A DNA stretch of 64,000 bases from assembly GCA_964649695.1 (NCBI GenBank), contig CAZYQO010000002.1, positions 66,728 through 130,727 on the forward strand, given 5' to 3'. Of the stretch, positions 32,905 through 43,979 are shown in pieces. Every line of letters begins with the position of its first letter. Position 1 is the first letter of the stretch. A program made the position numbers and the translations under genes. Below the pieces are notes generated by a model, which was given only the letters and a program-made list of their open reading frames with translations, was not told where the DNA came from and did no database searches. Origin of the DNA: an uncultured Candidatus Peribacteria bacterium. Lineage in GTDB: Bacteria > Patescibacteriota > Gracilibacteria > Peribacterales > Peribacteraceae.

Positions 32905-33624
32905 TTAGATGGTGTTCTTCTCCAGCTTCAGCTGGCTCAGATCGGCCGGGATCTTCTGGTGTTGGCTCGTTTTGGGGTTGTAGATCTCGTAGTACATCGA
33001 GAGCAGCTCGCGGGTATTGAGGCGCTTGCAGTGCAGGCCGATGTTGTTGAGGCCGGCTGCCACCAGCTCCACGCGCTCCGTCAGCGCCTTGCTGGCCTGG
33101 GGGAAACCGCGGATGCGCTCACTGGCCTTGCCGGAGGAATCATCGGGAGAAATCCAATCGAGGAACTGCCCCACGAGAGTCTTTTTGGTGGCCACATGGT
33201 CAAACGGCACCACCACGTAAAAGCGCTTCTGCATGATGTCCGCGACATCCAGCAGGCGCTGGATGAAGGCGATATACGAGTTGGTCTGCGACTTGAGCAG
33301 CTCATTTTGCTGCTTTTCGCCGATCACCTGGAGCGAGTTGATGTACTCGTCGATGTTCGTGCGCATGGAGCGGATGATCACCTGCAGCGGGAAGGTGATG
33401 GTGTTGAGGAACGAACCGTAGCCGGCGATGATGCCCTGCTGTTCCACTTCGCTCTTGAGATTGAAGTTCACCGCTTCAACCAGCAGCACCGCACGCAGGC
33501 CGCCGTTTTTGAGGAGCACGGTGTCGTTGCGGATCTCTGCAATGGGCAAAAATCGCTGCGTCGACGCGCTTGCAGGCTGCTTGCGCGTATGGACGGTTCC
33601 CTGTGAGGGCGATGCTTCAGGCAT
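32905..33624 (-). CDS. VirB4/TraC-like N-terminal domain protein (no ATPase domain; truncated or split)
   Basis: 239 aa. FLPIAEIRNDTVLLKNGGLRAVLLVEAVNFNLKSEVEQQGIIAGYGSFLNTITFPLQVIIRS resembles the N-terminal region of Gram-positive/CPR VirB4-like proteins. There is no Walker A, and the ORF ends 190 nt before the rpsA start. Confidence 0.5.
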   Translation of the reverse strand: MPEASPSQGTVHTRKQPASASTQRFLPIAEIRNDTVLLKNGGLRAVLLVEAVNFNLKSEVEQQGIIAGYGSFLNTITFPLQVIIRSMRTNIDEYINSLQVIGEKQQNELLKSQTNSYIAFIQRLLDVADIMQKRFYVVVPFDHVATKKTLVGQFLDWISPDDSSGKASERIRGFPQASKALTERVELVAAGLNNIGLHCKRLNTRELLSMYYEIYNPKTSQHQKIPADLSQLKLEKNTI

Positions 33625-34252
33625 GTGCGGGGCGCGAGGAGTAGATGGAGGAGCGGGGAGCGATGCCGTCCACGCCTGGGGCGCTTTGGTGCTCGCTCAC
33701 GCTCACGCGTGCGGGGTTCACCGGGATGCGCGGCAGGGGGGAGGGTTCCGGAGCGGGGGGTGCGTCATGACCCGGGGCGTCCACTTCCTTCTCGGCGACG
33801 GGTGCGGCCTGCGCGTTGGCATCCTGATCCAGCATGGTGCTGAGTTCGACCAGCTTGTTTTCGCGTGCCTGCATCTGCGCAGCCGTGAAGGGGTCGGCTT
33901 TGCTATTCTCTTCCGTTTTGAATGTGCGGATGGTCACCGCAATGCCTGTCCTCGGTCCCCAGGTGCGTACGGCCGGCTTCTGCATGCGCTCTGCGGTGAG
34001 CAGAAGCAGATGGGTGAGGCTCAGGTCGTTGATGCGGATGAAGGCAAAGGCCAGCGACAACACGGCGGGGATCCAGGCGATGGCCGTGGTGACGATCGAT
34101 AGCTGGCCGTAGGCCTTCATCAGGCTCGACCAAATCGCATAGCTGCCTCCGCCGCCGAGGGCGACGATCATCACCTGCCTGAGCGTCAGTGGGCCGACAA
34201 TGCGGTCTTCCACATAGACGTTCTGCGGAATCTTGACTGCTTCAATTGGCAT
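33617..34252 (-). CDS. PrgI-like (VirB3-analog) T4SS membrane protein
   Basis: N-terminal KIPQNVYVEDRIVGPLTLRQVMIVALGG followed by two TM helices, as in the PrgI family. Overlaps the downstream VirB4-N gene by 8 nt. Confidence 0.55.
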   Translation of the reverse strand: MPIEAVKIPQNVYVEDRIVGPLTLRQVMIVALGGGGSYAIWSSLMKAYGQLSIVTTAIAWIPAVLSLAFAFIRINDLSLTHLLLLTAERMQKPAVRTWGPRTGIAVTIRTFKTEENSKADPFTAAQMQARENKLVELSTMLDQDANAQAAPVAEKEVDAPGHDAPPAPEPSPLPRIPVNPARVSVSEHQSAPGVDGIAPRSSIYSSRPAHA

Positions 34253-34269
34253 AATCGTTTAAGTATAGC

Positions 34270-34312
34270 AGAAAACGGCCTGTTTCGGAAGATGCCTCCC
34301 GAGGCCGTTTTC
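34270..34312 (-). terminator. Putative intrinsic terminator downstream of the clpC-like gene
   Basis: AAAACGGCC (34272-34280) pairs with GGCCGTTTT (34303-34311). On the minus strand the stem is followed by TTTTCTGC. The loop is large with an internal TCGG/CCGA pairing. Confidence 0.4.
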
Positions 34313-34328
34313 CGTGGTTTAGGGCTGT

Positions 34329-36935
<2,607 letters not shown>

Positions 36936-37141
36936 AGAGGGAGGAGAGGAATTATCACTCTAGAGGATCGAGTGATAATGAGGCAAGTCTTCAGCACATG
37001 GTACCAGAATGCGGCCGATCCTTGCAGTGTGTAGACGAAGAAATCATGGTCTGATTGCAGCGTAGTCTGATCACCAAAGTTGTTCAAAATCTTGGGCTTG
37101 CCCAAAAAGGACGCTGTGTTTTTGTTCGTTTCGGCGTTTTC

Positions 37142-38398
37142 CTACGGTCGGCGCGAGCGGGCGATGCGCCAGTCCTCAATAAACAATGCCAAGATTGTTG
37201 TACCTGGCACGGCGAGAAGAATGCCCAAAATGGGGTGCACAACAGACGGGAAGCTGACGCCGATGAGCATGGCGATGATGATGGCGATGGGCGAGAGACC
37301 CACGGCACGCTTCATGATGAGCGGCACAAGCAGGTTGTTCTCGCACCACTGGATCACGTAGTAGACGCCGGCGACGATCAGCGCCCAGAGCCAGCCTTCC
37401 TGCGTGACGGCAATCAGGACGGAGGGGATGGCGGCGATGATGGGGCCGACATAGGGGATGAACTCGGTGAATGCGGCGAGCACGGCAAGGGTCACGGCAT
37501 ACTGCATGCCCAGGAAGGTGAGGGCGATGAAGACCAGTGTGCCGATGGCGGCGCCAAGAATCAGCTGGCCGCGCGCCCATTGGCCGATCTTGTGATGGAT
37601 GGCGTCGGTCTTGGTGTCGATGTAGTTGCGGTAGCGGTGGCCGAAGAAGCTGACGAACCAGCTGCGCAGCTGCTCGCGTTCCATCTGGATGAAGAAGCCA
37701 AGGACAAGCACCACGATCAACTGCACGATGAATGACACGATCGATGTGGCCACCTGCGCGGCGAACGTGATGGAGCCGCGGGCAAAGGCCGAAATGCCGT
37801 CACTGAAGTTTTTCAGGGCATCGGTGAATTGATGGATGTCCAGGCTCTGGAGCATTGCGGTGGTGAACTCCGTCAGGCGCTGGTTGAGCTCGGTGGTGAG
37901 GAAGGGCAGATCAATGGTCGGGTCGCGCAGGAACGCATTGAATGTCTCGCTCACCATGTTCAGGATCTGTCCGATCTGATCGGCGATGATCGGCGTAAGG
38001 GAGAGGACGAGGAAGAGGAAGACAAGCAGGGCAACCAGGTAATGCACCAAGACGCCAATGCCGCGGGGAATGCCCCAGCGCTCCATGGCACGCACACCCG
38101 GATCGATCACTGCCGCGGCAAAGAAGCCGAGCACCAGCAGGAGCAGCGGCTGGGTGAGATTGATCACCAGCACCGTGGCACCCACGACCACGAGTACCCA
38201 CAGGGCGCCGCGCACGACACTCCATTGGTCGATGCTCACCTGGATTTCGGGCAATTGCAGCGGCTGCGGCATGGCCACGGATCCGTTGCTCCCGCCGTGC
38301 ATGCGTGCCTTGCGGGCACGGGCAAGCAGTTCCTGCGCCTTGCGGCCGATGACACGGAACGAGGTGAACGCGGACGATGATTTGCGGGATTTGGCCAT
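37142..38398 (-). CDS. AI-2E family transporter (PerM/UPF0118)
   Basis: About 8 TM helices and a C-terminal block FIPYVGPIIAAIPSVLIA typical of the family. ATG 38398 overlaps the upstream TAA by 1 nt. Confidence 0.8.
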   Translation of the reverse strand: MAKSRKSSSAFTSFRVIGRKAQELLARARKARMHGGSNGSVAMPQPLQLPEIQVSIDQWSVVRGALWVLVVVGATVLVINLTQPLLLLVLGFFAAAVIDPGVRAMERWGIPRGIGVLVHYLVALLVFLFLVLSLTPIIADQIGQILNMVSETFNAFLRDPTIDLPFLTTELNQRLTEFTTAMLQSLDIHQFTDALKNFSDGISAFARGSITFAAQVATSIVSFIVQLIVVLVLGFFIQMEREQLRSWFVSFFGHRYRNYIDTKTDAIHHKIGQWARGQLILGAAIGTLVFIALTFLGMQYAVTLAVLAAFTEFIPYVGPIIAAIPSVLIAVTQEGWLWALIVAGVYYVIQWCENNLLVPLIMKRAVGLSPIAIIIAMLIGVSFPSVVHPILGILLAVPGTTILALFIEDWRIARSRRP

Positions 38399-38787
38399 TA
38401 CACGATTGCGGAAAGAACGGCGTTGATGATACCAAAGGTTGAGGCGGTGACGAAGAAACCGATGAGCGCCCACCGCAGGCGTTCCTTGCCGCCGGTGTCG
38501 CCGCTCGCGGTCGCGTTGCCCAGGGCGATTTGGTAGCCGGCGACGATGATGTTGAGCAGACAGATGGCGCCCGCGAAGGCGAACACAATGTCGATGGCGT
38601 TGGCGATGACCGTATTCAAACAGCTCGGATCGAGCTTTCCGGTCTTAAAATCGCATTCGCTGTTGCCGGCGCTGTCGATGACCGACTTTGCGGTCGCGGC
38701 GTACAGCGTGGTCGGGACAGTGACGAGAAGGCCGATTGCGCCCGTCCGAAAAGAAGAAATGACTGAGGTGAACATCGGCTCTATCAT
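38398..38787 (-). CDS. Small TrbC/VirB2-like T4SS pilin family protein
   Basis: 129 aa: signal-like N-terminus, two Cys in the mature N-terminus, then TM - AGYQIALGNATASGDTGGKERLRWALIGFFV - TM. Same layout as ORFs at 57014-58387. Confidence 0.55.
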   Translation of the reverse strand: MIEPMFTSVISSFRTGAIGLLVTVPTTLYAATAKSVIDSAGNSECDFKTGKLDPSCLNTVIANAIDIVFAFAGAICLLNIIVAGYQIALGNATASGDTGGKERLRWALIGFFVTASTFGIINAVLSAIV

Positions 38788-38872
38788 GCGTTCGAGCGCT
38801 TCCTACAGCGACCCTCTTCTTGCTGTTTTGCCTCGCCTCAGAGCCAAATTTGTGCTCTGCTATCGGTCACTC

Positions 38873-39838
38873 ATGGCGCCTTTCCAATGGTCAACGGCCG
38901 CCCGCCCCATCGTCGCACTCGCCCCCATGGCCGGTGTGACCGATGCGTCGTATCGGCAGTTCATCAAAAAGCTGTGTCCGGAGGCGGTGGTGTATACCGA
39001 ATTCCTCTCCACCGATGCCATCAGTTACGGAGCCAAGCGCACGTTGCGCATGATGGAGTTTGATCCGGAGGTGGAGCGGCCGTTCATTGTGCAGGTATTC
39101 GGGCATGACCCGGAACATTTCCTCGAGGCGGCGAAGGTGATCGAACAGATGGGTGCCGACGGCATCGACATCAACATGGGCTGCCCCGCCGCAAAGGTGG
39201 TGTCGTCGTGTCATGGCGCTGCGCTCATCCGCGAACCCGAACTGGCTGCAGAGCTGGTGGCGGCAACCAAAAAAGCCGTGAAGATCCCCGTGAGCGTGAA
39301 GACGCGCCTGGGGTGGGACAGCAAAACCACGCTGATTCCGTTCTGCAAAAAGCTGGTTGAGGCGGGAGCGGAGGCTTTTGCCATCCATGGGCGCCGCTTC
39401 TGCGACAAATTCACCGGCAGTGCCGATTGGAACCCCATCTATGAACTGAAGAAAGAGGTGAACGTGCCCGTGATCGGCAATGGCGACATCTACAGTGCGC
39501 AGGATGCCCTCGACAAGATCGGCAACCTCGACGGTGTGATGGTGGGGCGCGGCACCTTTGGCAACCCGTGGCTGCTGCAGGACATCCTGGAGGCGTTTGC
39601 CGCGCGTGAGGCCAAGCAGCCGACCATCGCCACCATGACGTTTGCGCAGAAGGTGCCGTTCATCCTGGATCACTGCGAACTGGCGGTGAAGCTGAAGGGG
39701 GAGAGCAGGGGAATGCGCGAGATGCGCCGACATCTGTGCGGCTATGTGAAGGGGTTCGATGGTGCGGCGGAGATGCGGGCAAGCCTGATGCGGACAGAGA
39801 GTTTTGAGGAGACGAAGAGGATTTTGATCAAAGCGTAG
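38873..39838 (+). CDS. dus: tRNA-dihydrouridine synthase
   Basis: VALAPMAGVTDASYRQF, IDINMGCPAAKV, VSVKTRLGW, IHGR blocks. Start at ATG 38873; the longer ORF-track start would overlap the pilin gene. Confidence 0.85.
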   Translation: MAPFQWSTAARPIVALAPMAGVTDASYRQFIKKLCPEAVVYTEFLSTDAISYGAKRTLRMMEFDPEVERPFIVQVFGHDPEHFLEAAKVIEQMGADGIDINMGCPAAKVVSSCHGAALIREPELAAELVAATKKAVKIPVSVKTRLGWDSKTTLIPFCKKLVEAGAEAFAIHGRRFCDKFTGSADWNPIYELKKEVNVPVIGNGDIYSAQDALDKIGNLDGVMVGRGTFGNPWLLQDILEAFAAREAKQPTIATMTFAQKVPFILDHCELAVKLKGESRGMREMRRHLCGYVKGFDGAAEMRASLMRTESFEETKRILIKA

Positions 39839-40223
39839 AAATGCCAGCATTCCTTCTTTCTTCTTGCAGCCGCCCAGAAGAAAGCAGCAAAGAAGAACCC
39901 AACGCTGCCGACGCACCGGCTCCTTCTTTTGGGCGACTCGAGGGATGAGTAGACAAGTGTAGGAGCACTTCCCGCACCCCCTGCCTTCGGCAGCGGAGCC
40001 CCCAAGGTTCAGAACGTATCGGATATCCAGACAACCACACTCACAGCCTCGGTGGGGCGCGACGCGAGCGGGGGTGAAGGGGTGATGCAGTTTCGGGATG
40101 GGAGAAACAGACGCCTGATTCGATCGGGCAGGGCGAGGGCATGGCGGCGCACGCGTTTGGGCTCCACCCTTGCCGCTTGGGCAAGGGTGGAAGAGGAAAA
40201 AGGCGACACCATGTCATTTTTGC

Positions 40224-40256
40224 AATAAAAAAACCGCCCTCAGAGAAGGCGGTTTG
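40224..40256 (-). terminator. Rho-independent terminator of the rplK-rplA operon
   Basis: On the minus strand, AACCGCC-loop-GGCGGTT is followed by T8 (A-run 40227-40233 on the plus strand), 17 nt downstream of the rplA stop. Confidence 0.75.
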
Positions 40257-40272
40257 ATTGATCGTCGAATGC

Positions 40273-41025
40273 TTAGGCCTTCACCTTGAGCCCCGGTCCC
40301 ATCGTGGGCGCAATGCCGATGGAGAGGATGTAGGTGCTCTTGATGCCGGCGGGCTTGGCCTCGTTGATGGCGGCGATGAGGGCGACGAGGTTCTCCTCGA
40401 GCTTCTTGCTGCCGAACGAGATCTTGCCGAACGGCGCGTGGATGATGCCGAACTTGTCCATCTTCACTTCGATGCGACCCTTCATGAGGGCGGTGATGGC
40501 CTTGGTGACGTCTTCCGTCACGGTGCCGGCCTTGGGGCTGGGCATGAGACCGCGCTGACCGAGGGTCTTGGCGATCTTTCCGAGGTTCTTCATCATGGCG
40601 GGAACGGCCACGGCGATGTCGAACTCGATGTTGCCGCTTTCGATCTCCTTGATCAGGTCTTCGTTGCCGGCGATCACGGCGCCAGCGGCCTTGGCCTCCT
40701 TCACGAGGTCATCGGGCACGAATGCGGCAATGCGCACCTTCTTGCCTGTGCCATGGGGGAGATCCACCGTGGTGCGGACAAGCTGGTCGGCCTGTGTGGT
40801 GTCGGCGTTGATGTGCACGTGTGCCTCGGCCGTTCCATCGAACTTCGTGATGGCGAGTTTCGGCAAAAGCTCACACGCCTCCGCGAGATCGTAGATCTCC
40901 TTGGTGACGAGCGCCTTGGCGGCAATGTACTTCTTACCAGCTCCGTGCTGGGTGGTGCCGCGCTCGTGCGTGGAGCGGCCGGCGGTCTTCTCGGTCTTTT
41001 CTGCTGCGGCTTTCTTGGTAGCCAT
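40273..41025 (-). CDS. rplA: 50S ribosomal protein L1
   Basis: FDGTAEAHVHINAD...VDLPHGTGKKVRIAAF...GIIHAPFGKISF blocks. Start at ATG 41025 (MATKKAAAEK). Confidence 0.9.
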   Translation of the reverse strand: MATKKAAAEKTEKTAGRSTHERGTTQHGAGKKYIAAKALVTKEIYDLAEACELLPKLAITKFDGTAEAHVHINADTTQADQLVRTTVDLPHGTGKKVRIAAFVPDDLVKEAKAAGAVIAGNEDLIKEIESGNIEFDIAVAVPAMMKNLGKIAKTLGQRGLMPSPKAGTVTEDVTKAITALMKGRIEVKMDKFGIIHAPFGKISFGSKKLEENLVALIAAINEAKPAGIKSTYILSIGIAPTMGPGLKVKA

Positions 41026-41205
41026 AGGATTGGGGGGAAGTGGTACAGGCGCCACGCAGGTGCGGGCTCCCACAAAGTAGGCGCCTAGAGTGTCAGAACC
41101 GGGCGATGGATGCAAGAGAAAGGTCTCAATGGCACAAAAGGAAAGAAAGGATGCCGTGGGGCGAACCCGGGCATCCTTTCAGTCTTATCGGTCGTTTGGA
41201 GGGGG

Positions 41206-41862
41206 TTATTTCTTCTTCTTGGCCGGGGAGACCATCTTCTTTTGGACGGGTGCCTTGGCGAAGGCCGGCTTGGGGCGGCTGTCGCTTGCCGTCGCCCACA
41301 GCAGGAGGATGCCGAAGAAGAGGATCGTGGAGGGCAGCGCCCACCAGTTGCCACCGACATTGCCCTGGCTGATGAGGATGAAGACGAGCAGGTAGAGGAA
41401 CCCGAGCACGCTGAGCAGCAGACCCACGGTCTTCCAGGTGTAGAACGCCACAGCCTGGGGCACGGCACGCGACACGGGATCGATCTGATGCAGCAGGTGA
41501 TCATGACGCAGGAACACGAGGCCGCCCACCACGAAGGTGAACAGCAACGAGGCGTAGGTCATGGCCGGCAGTGCGAGGCGGGCAAGCACCGATGCGAGCG
41601 TGGGAAGCCCCCCGAGCGCCATGAGGATGATGCCGAGTCCTTCTGCCAAGACGCAGAAACATGCGCGGCCGCCATCGCCCGAGCGCGCGCCTTTCAGCAG
41701 CGTGGGAACGAGCAACAGCGCAATCACGTTGGCCGTGATGACGGGGATGAGCAATCCGTAGAGGACTGCGGACGGACCAAAGAGTCCGTTGAATGCGGTC
41801 GTGAGCATGTCGGAAAGTGGGATGAGTGGAATGTAGACTACAGCTTCACAAAAAACGCGCAC
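41206..41862 (-). CDS. Hypothetical polytopic membrane protein (about 6 TM) with Lys-rich tail
   Basis: 218-aa ORF lying between rplK and rplA. Hydrophobic segments run throughout. No family recognised. Confidence 0.5.
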   Translation of the reverse strand: MRVFCEAVVYIPLIPLSDMLTTAFNGLFGPSAVLYGLLIPVITANVIALLLVPTLLKGARSGDGGRACFCVLAEGLGIILMALGGLPTLASVLARLALPAMTYASLLFTFVVGGLVFLRHDHLLHQIDPVSRAVPQAVAFYTWKTVGLLLSVLGFLYLLVFILISQGNVGGNWWALPSTILFFGILLLWATASDSRPKPAFAKAPVQKKMVSPAKKKK

Positions 41863-41957
41863 GACAAATGCATTGCTGCAAAATGCGGACGTGATGTGGC
41901 TGTTATTTGCACATGTTGAAAAGCTGTGGTGCCTTGCGCGTCTCCGTTGTCAGCAAG

Positions 41958-42383
41958 TTAGCCCTCGATGGTGATGCCCATGTTCTTCGCCGTGCCTTCC
42001 ATCATGCGTGCTGCGGCGTCGATATCGGCGGTGTTGAGGTCGGGCATTTTCACTTCGGCGATCTCGCGCAGCTGTGCGCGGGTGATCTTGCCCACCTTGT
42101 TCTTGTTGGGTTCGCCGCTGCCCTTCTCGAGCTTCACCTTCTCCATGATCAATGCGGAAGCGGGCGGCTGCTTGAGGATGAAGACGAACGTGCGATCGTC
42201 ATACACCGTGATTTCGGCAGGGATCAGCTGACCCTTGCGCTCCATCGTGCGCTGGTTGAACTGGTTGCAGAAGCCTGCAATGTCGATACCGGCCTGGCCA
42301 AGCACAGGTCCCAGAGGAGGTGCGGGAGTGGCAGAGCCACCGCGCGCCTGAACCTTGATGATTTTCTTGATTGCTTTAGCCAT
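41958..42383 (-). CDS. rplK: 50S ribosomal protein L11
   Basis: [43 protein letters not shown]. Start at ATG 42383. Confidence 0.92.
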   Translation of the reverse strand: MAKAIKKIIKVQARGGSATPAPPLGPVLGQAGIDIAGFCNQFNQRTMERKGQLIPAEITVYDDRTFVFILKQPPASALIMEKVKLEKGSGEPNKNKVGKITRAQLREIAEVKMPDLNTADIDAAARMMEGTAKNMGITIEG

Positions 42384-42403
42384 ACAAAAGAGAGTGCTGG
42401 GGG

Positions 42404-42431
42404 AGTGTACGGATCGGCAGAGCGCTGTCAA
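42404..42431 (-). promoter_or_regulatory. Sigma70-like promoter TTGACA-N16-TACACT upstream of rplK
   Basis: On the minus strand, TTGACA is at 42426-42431 and TACACT at 42404-42409. The ATG lies 20 nt downstream of the -10. Confidence 0.5.
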
Positions 42432-42450
42432 TCCGACTTCTTCACGAACT

Positions 42451-43080
42451 TCACTGTGCCAACGCCTGCGACAGGCTGTCGACCAGGGGGGCGACGGCGT
42501 CTTCCTTTCCGGTGGTGATGTGCAGCTCGATCAGCGCGTCACCGGTTTTGACAAAGAGGAGGCGCTCGGTGCTGAGGGCGGGATCAAGGAAGGTGAGCGT
42601 GGAGCGTACGGGCTTGCCGGGGATTTCCTGGGTCTCATCCTTGAGATCCTGCAGGTTGGCGGAGAACGACTGGAGCAATGATTCCTTGAGGGTTTGGTAG
42701 GCCTTGGCGGATTCGGGGGTGACGATCCATGCCAGCGAACCGGCGCGGTCGCCGTCTTTGAGCAGGGTAACCGTGGGGATCTGGCTGCCCGGGAGGATCT
42801 GGCGGAGGAACGACGGCTCTTCCTTCTCTTCAAAGGTGAAGCCCTGTGCCACCAGCGTCTGCAGGAGCTGGTCTTTGTTGCCGGCAGGATCCATGGCCAC
42901 ACTTGAGGTGCTGCCGGTGCCCGTGGCAACCGACGACACGGAGCTTTCCTCTCCACCTTCCAGCCACAGGCCAAGCTGCCCGGTCAGCGACTTCTCGCGC
43001 AGAAGCGCATCGGAAGCGGCGAGCCCCGCGATGGCGAGGACGGCGAGCGACGTGACGGCAACTTTGGAGGAGGTCTTCAT
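42451..43080 (-). CDS. Hypothetical secreted protein
   Basis: Start at ATG 43080 gives a signal peptide ([23 protein letters not shown]). No family recognised. Confidence 0.5.
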   Translation of the reverse strand: MKTSSKVAVTSLAVLAIAGLAASDALLREKSLTGQLGLWLEGGEESSVSSVATGTGSTSSVAMDPAGNKDQLLQTLVAQGFTFEEKEEPSFLRQILPGSQIPTVTLLKDGDRAGSLAWIVTPESAKAYQTLKESLLQSFSANLQDLKDETQEIPGKPVRSTLTFLDPALSTERLLFVKTGDALIELHITTGKEDAVAPLVDSLSQALAQ

Positions 43081-43158
43081 AGGCGGGGAGTGTACCCCCC
43101 GCACGGTCGCGCGGGGAAGGAGGCTCATAGTATAATATTATCAAATTTTGTCAATATC

Positions 43159-43902
43159 TCACTCGGGCTTGTTTTTAGGCCCAATGCCCAGCGCCTTCGC
43201 CATTTTGCGTTCCAGCGTTGCCCGCATGCAGTCCAAAAGGAGCATTTTTATGCGGTCATATTCTTCCTCTTGCTGCGTCTCGCTCACGAGCTTTGCGGTC
43301 GCGCGTGTGACGAATGCATTGGGATCGTTGTCGTACTGCCGGCGCTGCTTTTTGGTGAGCAGATTCAACCGATCCTGCTTGTCGCTGTAGACGTGCCGCA
43401 AGTGGATGCGGCAGGCATCGGTGAGCGAGATGTGCGGTGTGAGCACGTGCTCTTTTACCTGCAACGCGGCGTACTGCCCGAAGCGCTGTGAGAACTGGCG
43501 CATGGCCGGGTCATCGCGCCCTTCAAGGGCGATGTCATAGAGGGCTTGAGTGTTGGCTTCGCACCATCCCACAGTCTGACCAATGCTCAACACAGCGCCC
43601 GCTTCGTCGCGCACATGACGGATCATGGAACAGGTGGTTTCGGCAACCATGTATTCTCTCATGCCGGGTGCGTGCAATGAGTAGATGTGATCGATGCCCC
43701 CCAAAAACAGATCGAGTGTTTTCCCCGTCATACCCACTTTCATGGCCATGTCTCGTGCAGATGTCATCCGCTTTTTGGTTTTGTGTTGCAGCGTGAGAGC
43801 ATCGGGAATCGTGGCATGCTGCTTGAGGCCATTCATATCCACCATCGTTGTATCAATGCCGGCCAATACCGCCTCGGGCAGCTCGACGTTTTCGTGTTCC
43901 AT
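43159..43902 (-). CDS. Hypothetical protein
   Basis: 247-aa ORF with backbone composition and no recognised motif. Confidence 0.45.
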   Translation of the reverse strand: MEHENVELPEAVLAGIDTTMVDMNGLKQHATIPDALTLQHKTKKRMTSARDMAMKVGMTGKTLDLFLGGIDHIYSLHAPGMREYMVAETTCSMIRHVRDEAGAVLSIGQTVGWCEANTQALYDIALEGRDDPAMRQFSQRFGQYAALQVKEHVLTPHISLTDACRIHLRHVYSDKQDRLNLLTKKQRRQYDNDPNAFVTRATAKLVSETQQEEEYDRIKMLLLDCMRATLERKMAKALGIGPKNKPE

Positions 43903-43963
43903 GCACTCATTTTGATATATTTCAACAATTGATCAAGGACTAGGGGTGGAAGTCCGTCCACTC

Positions 43964-43972
43964 TGGTATAGT
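43964..43972 (+). promoter_or_regulatory. Extended -10 element TGGTATAGT, leaderless geometry for ruvB
   Basis: TGGTATAGT is followed by 7 nt (cggcgcc) and then ATG 43980. Confidence 0.45.
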
Positions 43973-43979
43973 CGGCGCC

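Noticed and set aside
38546-38872. Long N-terminal extension of the dus ORF
   Set aside because: It would overlap the oppositely oriented pilin-like gene (38398-38787). The conserved Dus core starts right after ATG 38873.
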